A stretch of DNA of 64,000 nucleotides from positions 124,001-188,000 of the forward strand of contig JAANOX010000080.1 of assembly GCA_020184695.1 (NCBI GenBank), written 5' to 3'. The translations under genes were made by a program, and so were the position numbers. Below, piece after piece: positions 55,127 to 64,000 of the stretch; positions within the stretch are counted from its first letter, which is position 1, and each line of letters opens with the position of its first letter. The notes beneath the pieces were generated by a model that saw nothing but the letters and a program-made list of their open reading frames with translations, had not been told where the DNA came from and did no database searches. Source of the stretch: Histomonas meleagridis 2922-C6/04-290x (Eukaryota > Protista > Parabasalia).

Positions 55127-57793
55127 ATGAATGAATATGTGCAAAATTTAATAAATTTATTCACAAATGCACTTTCTATTGACAACAGTGTTCGAGACAA
55201 CGCACAACAGATTATTTTACATGAACTAAATACAAATACAACAAACCTTGTTTTAGCATCTTCTATTATTCTTCAAACTCCAGGACTTCAAAAATCTACA
55301 TATCAATATGCACTAGTAATTTTAAATCGATTATTTAATACATCGGCAATAAATCTAGCTCGACAGAACTGGCATCAAAATCTTACAATCGACCAAAGAA
55401 TGGAGATAAAAAAAGCGACCCTTAATTGTATCACTTGTCCACAAGAAGAGATAGCATTACAGGCAGGTCATTTTGCTAGTGTTCTTTCGAAAATTGATAA
55501 TGAAGATGCAATTCCGTTTATCAATCAAATATTATTATTTGCTCAAAATCCAACAGGAGCAGCCCACATCCATTTTGCAGCAGTAAATGCATTAAAAGAG
55601 GTTTATATGTCAGGGACCATATGTAAAGATTATTTGGAATGTACATCTGGAGCAGAATCCATTCATAATCAAATAGATTATTTCTACAACATTTTTTTTA
55701 ATTCCTTAAATTATCCAGTTCCATATGTCACACTTTGTATCAATGCATTTACCCAATTAATTCCATATATCAAAGGAATTTTCATCAGTGATCCTAAATA
55801 TCAAAACTTTTTACTCGATTTTTCCGAAGCAATATTACCTAAATCTCCAAATTTATCCATATACCAAGCGATTCATCAATTACTTCTTACGCTTATCAAA
55901 TGTTTTTATAATACGCCATTTATAAACATCGAAAGGGTTTTATTCCTCATACATAATGGATTATTTTGTGTCAGTGATGAATTCGTTCGTGTTTCGATCG
56001 AAGTCTTAAAAGAAATATTAAAATACGAACGTTCATTAAGTCGTAAAGACGAAAGAATTCTCAGATATAATGAAGCCAAAGCGAAATATGTAGCTCCACG
56101 GAGTTCGGAAAATTCATATAAATGCCCTGAAGTAAAGGTCGAATGTGCAAATTATTTTTTATTGATTGCACAAAAGTCAATTATCCAAATCTTTAACTTA
56201 CTATCGAAAGTTAATCCGGATGAAACAAATGTTGAAAACCCTGAATCAAGAGAGATCTACGCATATGCGTATTCATGTTTACGTAAATTCTTTGACTTAG
56301 ATCCAAAAGATACGTTAAACGAAGTTAATAAATATTGTTATGAAAATCAACAAACCACAGATTGGACCGTACATAACGCAATGCTTCTGTCTATAGCTAC
56401 TGTATGTACAAATAAAGTAATTCCTGATGTCAATGATTTCATTACTAATATTCTTCAATTTGTAATCGCTATGATGCAATCTCAGATCGATAGGATATGT
56501 GAAAATTCATTAAAGACTGCTTCTTTAATAATTAAGTATTATAATCATTTTAAGACCGAACAAAGCATTGATTCACTTTTGGAACTTTTGTGTTCTTTGG
56601 TCGGTCGGCACCCGTTAATATGCTCAGGAATTCTAAACGTGATAAACGACTTGATTCTATCGTTCGATGACAACGAAACAAATTCAATATTGTCACAATT
56701 TTTTGAGAATATCTTCTCAAAGATATATACAATAATTCAAAGCATATTGAATCGTCCTGATTCGTTTCAATCGAATTTAATATTAATTTCATATAATACG
56801 TTATGTGCATTAATAGGCAAAACCCCATCAAGTTACATAGAGATAATCAAACAACTTTTAGGTGAAACATTAGAAAAATTTGTGAAATTAATTTCGTCAT
56901 TTAATCAAACAGATGAAATTCATTGTAATGAATTCTGCTTATTATCAATTATCTCTAAGATCTTTAAGACGTTTCCTACCTCATTGGTAAATGAAGCTGA
57001 GTCGACATTAAAAATTATACTTAAATTATTGGAAAGAACAATTCATCCAATTATACACGAAGAATCACTTTTAGCCTTTATACATATTGTATCTTCTCTG
57101 CAACAAAGATGTACCGATTATTTAGAGCCACTTACGTCATATATTAATTTTGCATTAACATCACAAAGTCCGAGCATTATAAAGAACACCATTTTCTTGA
57201 TAAATAGTTTGTTTAAAAACGTTGGCCAATATATTATCAATGACAAACTTGAGCCGACAATTATATTAATCATAAAATGCTTCGAAAACAAATCATTTAC
57301 AAGAGAATTCTATCCACAAATAGCAATACAATTAGCGGATATATTAATTGACATACCTATCGAATGTACAATTTCACCAAATTTAAGAGACGAAACTTAT
57401 AAAATATTTAATGACTTAATTAATATTCCGATAAACTTTGGTAAAAGTGAAGATATAGAATTCGGTAACTTGATTTGCGAGGCAGTGCTATATGGTTACG
57501 CAGCAATATTTGAAATATCGAAAAACGATTTCGATTTCTTGAACATGTATAAAAAAAATATGTTCGATAAAGTTGAGTTGTTGATGAAAAAATTGATTGG
57601 AAATTATAACAATGAAACATTGAATGCGTTTTGTAAGTTTTTGGACATCTCAATGAATGTATTGCCAAAAAGGTTTAATATTTTGGTATGTCATGTAAAT
57701 CATTACAAGTATTTGTTGTACGCACTATGTTCTGATGACGTCAGACTAAAGGAATTTGGAGAAAACGTTTGGGAGAGAATGAAATATTTTTAA
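55127..57793 (+). CDS. Importin-beta family HEAT-repeat protein
   Basis: 888 aa; N-terminal NALSIDNSVRDNAQQII; DWTVHNAMLLSIATV; HEESLLAF. Confidence 0.8.
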   Translation: MNEYVQNLINLFTNALSIDNSVRDNAQQIILHELNTNTTNLVLASSIILQTPGLQKSTYQYALVILNRLFNTSAINLARQNWHQNLTIDQRMEIKKATLNCITCPQEEIALQAGHFASVLSKIDNEDAIPFINQILLFAQNPTGAAHIHFAAVNALKEVYMSGTICKDYLECTSGAESIHNQIDYFYNIFFNSLNYPVPYVTLCINAFTQLIPYIKGIFISDPKYQNFLLDFSEAILPKSPNLSIYQAIHQLLLTLIKCFYNTPFINIERVLFLIHNGLFCVSDEFVRVSIEVLKEILKYERSLSRKDERILRYNEAKAKYVAPRSSENSYKCPEVKVECANYFLLIAQKSIIQIFNLLSKVNPDETNVENPESREIYAYAYSCLRKFFDLDPKDTLNEVNKYCYENQQTTDWTVHNAMLLSIATVCTNKVIPDVNDFITNILQFVIAMMQSQIDRICENSLKTASLIIKYYNHFKTEQSIDSLLELLCSLVGRHPLICSGILNVINDLILSFDDNETNSILSQFFENIFSKIYTIIQSILNRPDSFQSNLILISYNTLCALIGKTPSSYIEIIKQLLGETLEKFVKLISSFNQTDEIHCNEFCLLSIISKIFKTFPTSLVNEAESTLKIILKLLERTIHPIIHEESLLAFIHIVSSLQQRCTDYLEPLTSYINFALTSQSPSIIKNTIFLINSLFKNVGQYIINDKLEPTIILIIKCFENKSFTREFYPQIAIQLADILIDIPIECTISPNLRDETYKIFNDLINIPINFGKSEDIEFGNLICEAVLYGYAAIFEISKNDFDFLNMYKKNMFDKVELLMKKLIGNYNNETLNAFCKFLDISMNVLPKRFNILVCHVNHYKYLLYALCSDDVRLKEFGENVWERMKYF

Positions 57794-58293
57794 AATTTTA
57801 TGCATTTATAACTAAATTTTTTGAAAAAAATTAACATATCAAGTGAATTTTTTTAAGATGTTTTTTCATAATGTGTTATTTAAAATATTAAGTGAAAAAA
57901 TACCTAAAAAAACATTCGATTTGGTTTGTTTACAAAATTTTTTATTATATTGATGATAATCCTCAAATGATGAAAAAGTTTGAGACTGAATTAATTAATC
58001 TTTTAAATGATTCTAACAAAATTGATAATCTGATTCATATATAATATAATGCCTTGATATATGAAGCAGATTTTTATAATTTTAAGTCGAGTTTTGGTAC
58101 GTAACGTTACGTACAAAAAATCGACATTTGTATAAAGTATACAAAAACTTGCTGTTGAAACTGCACTTTTTCTTTTGGCTTTATTGAAAAGTCGCTGGTA
58201 AATGTCCTATCGTCACTTCAAGATTACATTGAAACTGAGGAAAATTAACCATTCAATTTGAAATTTAACGTACTTTTATAGAATTAAGGTTTT

Positions 58294-59460
58294 ATGAATC
58301 GTTTCGAAGAAATAGCAACTCTCGGGGATGGTGCCTTTGGTATAGTGACAAAATGTAAAGACAAACAAACAGGAGAATTTGTGGCAATTAAAAAAATTAA
58401 ACAAAAATATTCATCTTTCGAAGAATGCCTATCATTGAAAGAAGTAAAAAGCTTACGGAAAATGAAACATGAAAATGTTATTAAGCTATTACAAATTTTT
58501 AGGGAAAATGGTTTTTTATATCTTGTTTTTGAATTAGGTGGAAAATCATTACTTCGTACTATGAACGAAAAAGGTCGTTATAATGAACAAGAAATTAAAT
58601 CAATTATGAAACAAATATTTTCAGGCCTCGCTCATGTGCATAAACAAGGTTTTTTCCATCGTGATATTAAACCAGACAATTTATTATGGAAAGATGATAA
58701 ATTAAAAATTGCTGACTTTGGGCTCGCCCGCGAAATACGAAGTATGCCACCATATACAGAATATGTTTCTACACGATGGTATAGAGCACCCGAAATCATA
58801 TTAAAGTCACCTAACTACAATTCACCAGTAGACATTTGGGCTGCTGGTGTTATAATGGCTGAGCTATATACAGGAAAGCCGATTTTTCCTGGGAATTCAG
58901 AACAAGATCAATTATATAAAACAATTTCTATTTTAGGCTCACCAAATTCCAGAAGCTGGCCTGATGGTATTCGTCTTGCAAACAGGCATGGTATCAGATT
59001 TAATCCTACACCATCTGTAAATTTTGCAAGTTTAATCCCAAATGCATCAAAAAACGCAATCGATCTTATACAACAATTGTTGCAATATGATCCTGCAAAA
59101 AGGCCAAGCGCTGCACAAGCTTTACAGCATCCATTTTTCCAAGAAGAACCAGAACCGATAGTAACGGTCTCCGCATCAAAAGTCAATTCAAATTTGAACA
59201 AGTCAGAAAATTCAAAAGAACCGTCGCTGGAAAATTTGGTGAAAAAAATTATTTTATCAAACGAAGCTGATGTAAAATATGAAAAGAACTCAAGGACAAT
59301 ACTTGCAAGAGCAGAATCTTATCAATCAAACATATCAAAAAAAATGAAACCAATATATGATAATCAGTTTCAAGTACAGAATCGCTTTAAACTATTTGGA
59401 GCAACAGAACAATTTGATGATGACGATGATGACATTGATTTTGATTCTTTATTGAAATAA
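58294..59460 (+). CDS. CMGC kinase, RCK (MAK/ICK) family
   Basis: GDGAFG, VAIKK, LKEVKSLRK, HRDIKPDN, DFGLAREIRSMPPYTEYVSTRWYRAPE. Confidence 0.93.
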   Translation: MNRFEEIATLGDGAFGIVTKCKDKQTGEFVAIKKIKQKYSSFEECLSLKEVKSLRKMKHENVIKLLQIFRENGFLYLVFELGGKSLLRTMNEKGRYNEQEIKSIMKQIFSGLAHVHKQGFFHRDIKPDNLLWKDDKLKIADFGLAREIRSMPPYTEYVSTRWYRAPEIILKSPNYNSPVDIWAAGVIMAELYTGKPIFPGNSEQDQLYKTISILGSPNSRSWPDGIRLANRHGIRFNPTPSVNFASLIPNASKNAIDLIQQLLQYDPAKRPSAAQALQHPFFQEEPEPIVTVSASKVNSNLNKSENSKEPSLENLVKKIILSNEADVKYEKNSRTILARAESYQSNISKKMKPIYDNQFQVQNRFKLFGATEQFDDDDDDIDFDSLLK

Positions 59461-59863
59461 TTTATGATTGTTTATGTATAATTTGATGTAATTTGAATAA
59501 AATGTAAAATTATAGAGATATTAAATTTTAATTATCATATGCTTCTCGAACTTGGATATGAATATAAAAAACATGTATAAATTATATATAATAAACTTTT
59601 AACAACAATGTGTTCATATGAAGGAATATGGCTAAAAGTAAATCATAAAATGTATAAATGTGTTAAAGCATGAAAAATTACTTATAATGTTTTGATTATA
59701 CTAAACTGTTTTATCAATAACTTGTATTTTACTTCTGAAAGTGTGGTAAAAAGTTTGTTGTTGATTAAGTAGAATTTCTTTTCCTAATGTAAAAATAGGC
59801 ATTCTTAAAAACACTTTCATTCACTTAATTGTACACATTAATTATTAAAAAATTATAAGATTC

Positions 59864-62338
59864 ATGATAAATCCAAGCATGGATCAACTTCGCAATGTGT
59901 TAAATAATCAAAGAAATATACGTAATATGTGTATTATTTCCTCTGCCGATTGTGGCAAGTCAACCTTTATTTCATCTCTTATTTCAAGTGATTATTTTAT
60001 TTCAAATGACACATCTACCAAGACTCTTGACACAGATTTACATGAAAGTGAACAAAGCCGTGATGCTGGTGTATTTTGCCCTAAGTGTATTTCTCTTTAT
60101 TATTCAATTCCAAAAGAAGATATTTCAATAGATTCAGATAATCATGATTTTTTAATCAACCTTATTAATTATCCAGACTGCAACAACTTTTTCACAGATT
60201 ATTCATCAGCCATTCGTATTTCTGATGGGGCTCTAATTATTATTGATTTTTTTGGACTTTGTATGCAAATCGAAACAAGGATACGAAAAGCCCTTTCGGA
60301 ACGCCTTAAGTTAATTGTCCTTATTAACAAATTTGATCTTTATCTTTTTGAGTCTAATTATGATCCTTCAGAAGAAATTTATCAATCTTTAGACACAATT
60401 GTCAATTCATTAAATACTCTCATATCTACATATACCAACAATGAAATCTCACTTTCCCCCGCACAAGGAACAATTTGTTTTGGTTCCTGTTTACATGAGT
60501 TCTGTTTCAATATTCCAAAATTTTCAACTTTTTATCACCTAAAATTTGGTGTTCAAAAAGAAAAATTTGCAAATTTATTATGGGGTGAATATTATTGGGA
60601 TTTCAAGACAAAGAAATTTCTTCGTCATAACAAAAACTCAGAAGGCGAAACACTTCAGCGATCATTTTGTCAATTTATTCTTTCACCGATCATTCAACTT
60701 ATACGTAGCATAATGAACAATGAAACAACAAAATACAAAGAGATGTTAAACAAAATTGGAGTTAAACTAAGTAAAAATGAAGAACAATTGAAAGGAATTG
60801 AACTTGTTTATATCGTGTTAAATCGATGGTTATCACTCACAAAAACTATTCTTGAAATGATAATTTTACATTTACCATCACCTAAAGAAGCACAAAGATA
60901 TCGTTGTGATACATTTTATACTGGTTTATTAGATGATGAGTTTGCTACATCTATAAAGAATTGTGATCCAAATGGACCATTAATGTTATACATATCTAAA
61001 ATGATTCCAACGAAAGAACCGAATAAATATTATTCGTTTGGAAGAATTTTTTCCGGAACAATTTCTAAAGGCCAAAAAGTTTATATTATGGGAATAACGA
61101 AAGATAATTTATATGTTACAAATATCCAACATATTAATTTAATGATGAACAATGATTACATTGAAGTTAATGATTGTAAATGTGGTAATATGATTATATT
61201 AGAAGATATTGATCAATATTTAATTAGAACAGGCACAATTACTTCATCACCATATGCATTTCCATTTAAAAATATTAATTTATCTGTTTCACCTTTTGTT
61301 AAAATTTATATCGAACCAAAACAAAGTTCTGATTTATTAAAATTTATTAATACTTTAAATTATTTATCTAAAGAAGATGATGTTCAAATCTCGAAAGAAG
61401 AAACAGGTGAACATATCATTTTAAGTAATGATGAAAATAAACTTATAAATTGTATTGATTATTTCGATATTCCAATTAATTATTCATCGCCAAATGTAAT
61501 ATTTAATGAAACTATTACAAACGCATCAAGTATTATTTGCATGGCGAAATCTTCGAATAAATTAAATAGAATTTTAATGAAAGCAGAACCATTAAATAAT
61601 GATTTGGTAAAGGCAATCGAAAATAATGAAATTTCCGCAGAAATGCATAATAAATTACGTTCGGAAATATTAATAAATAAATATAATTGGGAAAATGTTG
61701 ACGCAAGAAGAATTTGGTCTTTCGGTCCTAATTACATTGGTCCAAATCTTTTGGTTGATATAACTAGATCTAATGATAGACTTCATGAAATTAAAGAAAG
61801 TTTAATAAATGCATTCCAATACGTGACAAAATTCGGAGTTTTATGTAATGAACCAATTCGTGGAATACGCTTCAATATTATCGAAACTTATCTGACTGGA
61901 AATTTGAATACGCACAAACAAGACCAAATTATTCCATGTGGTCGAAGAGTCCTTTATGCTTCCGAATTATCTGCTGAGCCAACACTTACCGAACCTATTT
62001 ATAATGTCGAAATTCGTGCACCACCAAATGTATGTAATGAAGTGTTTGAATTTCTTAGCAACCGTCGGTATAAAGTATTCAATCGGAAAAAGCTATTGTT
62101 TTCTGCTTTATATAATGTATATCTTCCTGTAAGGAATGCATTTGGGTTTAAAAAAGAAATCAAAAAATTAACAGCTAATGAAGCAGAAATAAAGATGCAT
62201 TTTGATCATTGGGAAAATATTCAAGGAAATGCTCTTGAAGATGGTTCGGAATTGAACGAATTAATTAGATCAATTAGAAAGAAAAAAGGTCTGAAAGAAG
62301 ATTTACCATCACTTGATGAATATAATGAAAAATTTTAG
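59864..62338 (+). CDS. Divergent translation elongation factor 2 paralog with degenerate GTPase motifs
   Basis: NIRNMCII, SDGALII, NKFD, HLPSP, GPLMLYISKM, FGRIFSG, RIWSFGP, QIIPCGRR, EPIYNVEI, FDHWE cover all five EF-2 domains; G1 and G3 are altered. Confidence 0.9.
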   Translation: MINPSMDQLRNVLNNQRNIRNMCIISSADCGKSTFISSLISSDYFISNDTSTKTLDTDLHESEQSRDAGVFCPKCISLYYSIPKEDISIDSDNHDFLINLINYPDCNNFFTDYSSAIRISDGALIIIDFFGLCMQIETRIRKALSERLKLIVLINKFDLYLFESNYDPSEEIYQSLDTIVNSLNTLISTYTNNEISLSPAQGTICFGSCLHEFCFNIPKFSTFYHLKFGVQKEKFANLLWGEYYWDFKTKKFLRHNKNSEGETLQRSFCQFILSPIIQLIRSIMNNETTKYKEMLNKIGVKLSKNEEQLKGIELVYIVLNRWLSLTKTILEMIILHLPSPKEAQRYRCDTFYTGLLDDEFATSIKNCDPNGPLMLYISKMIPTKEPNKYYSFGRIFSGTISKGQKVYIMGITKDNLYVTNIQHINLMMNNDYIEVNDCKCGNMIILEDIDQYLIRTGTITSSPYAFPFKNINLSVSPFVKIYIEPKQSSDLLKFINTLNYLSKEDDVQISKEETGEHIILSNDENKLINCIDYFDIPINYSSPNVIFNETITNASSIICMAKSSNKLNRILMKAEPLNNDLVKAIENNEISAEMHNKLRSEILINKYNWENVDARRIWSFGPNYIGPNLLVDITRSNDRLHEIKESLINAFQYVTKFGVLCNEPIRGIRFNIIETYLTGNLNTHKQDQIIPCGRRVLYASELSAEPTLTEPIYNVEIRAPPNVCNEVFEFLSNRRYKVFNRKKLLFSALYNVYLPVRNAFGFKKEIKKLTANEAEIKMHFDHWENIQGNALEDGSELNELIRSIRKKKGLKEDLPSLDEYNEKF

Positions 62339-62452
62339 ATAAATTGTGCTGATTTCAAAAATATTTTATTTGGATTTTTCCTTTTTTTAGAATTCTAAAA
62401 AAACGTGTGTAAATAACTTTTCGATAATTTATGCGAAAATGAATCAAATTAT

Positions 62453-62689
62453 AATGTTAATATTAAAAATATTAAATTTTTGTAATTAATGTTTATTTTA
62501 ATAATATATTATTCCTATAAAAGGAATTTATTAAAGTTATTTGAAACACCTCTTATAATTGCATCAAAAAATAGGAATACTGAAGTTGTTAAATTACTTC
62601 TTGAACGAAATGATATTGATGTTAATGCGCAAAATAGGAAGGCAAAACAGCAATTTTTGTTGCATCCATATAGAATAATAAAGAAATAG
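62453..62689 (+). pseudogene. Orphan ankyrin cassette with preceding 69-nt spacer
   Basis: NVNIKNI, then a spacer, then ETPLIIASKNRNTEVVKLLLERNDIDVNAQN...*; no upstream core. Confidence 0.7.
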
Positions 62690-63152
62690 TTGAATTACTT
62701 AAAAGGAAAGAAGGAATTAAATATGAAGAAAGTCATTTGAAGTAAGCATTTCAGAGGCCGAGTGAAAATAAATCTTCGCTTCGATCCTTATTGATATTAG
62801 CTGCACAACTTGATAAAAATAGTGGTAAAGGAATAAATTTATTACGAAATTTCTCCAACAGCAACAAATAGAAAACACAAAGTAAATGTTTAATAGAAAA
62901 GCAAACACAAATCTAGATAATAAACATAAAAATAAACAAGAATTTCATATTTATTTAAATTTTTTATTTTAATTTTGTTTGTTTAAAAAAAATTGTAAGG
63001 GTCTTTGGAGAAGGGGAAAATTTGGAAATTTCTAACTTATGATATTCTCCAACAATTATGAATTTGATCTTTATATTTTTTGATTTCTTGTTCTATTGCA
63101 TTTGAAACGAACGTTAATTCTCTTGGAAATTTTTTTAAAAAGAAAAAAAAAA

Positions 63153-64000
63153 ATGAATTCTTCTTATGAAAGAATGCAATATAGAATATATGATTCTCTT
63201 CAATTTATATGTAACCGTGAAATTAATCTTCGTGATGATGAGATAGCAAGACTTAAAGAAGAACTAACAAAATTAAAATCAGAAATTGAAACTTATGATG
63301 AAAATTTACTGATGAAAGAGTTATATACAAAAAGAGCTAAACAATTTAAAAAACAAACTTATAAGTTTAAAAAATAATCATCAAATTCAAGTTTCTCAAC
63401 TTTCAATAGAACATCAAAACCAACTTCAAAAATTGTCACAATTACAACAAGAACATATTAATCAAAGTTCCAAATCAGAAACATTTTACCGAATCATTTT
63501 CAAATTTAATATCCAATTCATCTTCTGAAGAAAATGAACTCCAAAACAAAATTACTGAACTAAAGAGATCCATACAAATTGAGAAATCAAAAATACGTCA
63601 ATTAACATCAATGGTCAAGCAATCAGTAAACCCTATACAATCAATTCATAACACCTGAACTCCTTATGAGTATTTTCCAAAAGATCAAAAATTATATATT
63701 GTTAAATCACTTCAATCTCAAAACAAAGCGTTAAAACGTGAAATATGTCGACTTGACTCAATGATATATGGAAGACATGGAAAATACCAAAAATGGAAAA
63801 ACATTTAATTGAAATGAAATCATTAAATTAAAACAAAGGAAAGAACACAAGGCATAACAAAGCTCAAGAAAGAAATTGTAATTAAATTATTAAAAGAACA
63901 ATATAATACATCCGAAAATCCGAAACTTGAATTAGACGAATCATTGATATGCCAATTTTGTAGATCTTTAAGCGATGTCATTCATCTGAAGTACATAAGA
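63153..64000 (+). pseudogene. Coiled-coil gene broken by several frameshifts and an in-frame TGA; runs off the window end
   Basis: Coding-like segments continue in alternating frames after the 63377 stop (LISLKNNHQIQVSQ..., EENELQNKITELKRSIQ..., KLKKEIVIKLLKEQY...). Confidence 0.55.

Noticed and set aside
1-64000. Alternative genetic code (stop reassignment) as the explanation
   Set aside because: Housekeeping ORFs end normally in TAA, TAG or TGA and are long and open, and most spacers also shift the frame, which reassignment cannot fix.

Overview
A very AT-rich eukaryotic window, almost certainly from a parabasalid protist (Histomonas/Tritrichomonas-like; inferred from DUF3447-ankyrin genes, intron-less long ORFs, TCACTTTT initiators and a degenerate BEACH gene). 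Housekeeping genes (exportin-like, two aldo-keto reductases, RPL18A, RapGAP, ADA2, PSF3, Hsp70, Hsp20, DHHC-family acyltransferase, importin-beta, MAK kinase, a divergent EF-2) are interspersed with seven DUF3447-ankyrin loci and two remnants. The main observation: in every locus the ankyrin repeats (53 cassettes of about 32 codons) are separated by AT-rich spacers that carry stops and shift the frame, have no GT-AG ends, yet are tightly length-constrained (33 of 51 are exactly 74 nt). They parse into a 20-nt grammar of a 14-nt gap ending in TTT plus a 2-codon micro-exon ending in RTT. This grammar explains lengths 40, 54, 57, 60, 74 and 94, restores the frame, leaves the micro-exons stop-free, and in one locus leads to a C-terminal zinc ribbon after 18 spacers. 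It suggests serial 14-nt skipping by non-canonical micro-splicing, ribosomal bypassing or polymerase jumping. The mechanism is inference, and novelty could not be checked against the literature. All counts were done by hand. The assembly also appears to contain homopolymer indel errors.
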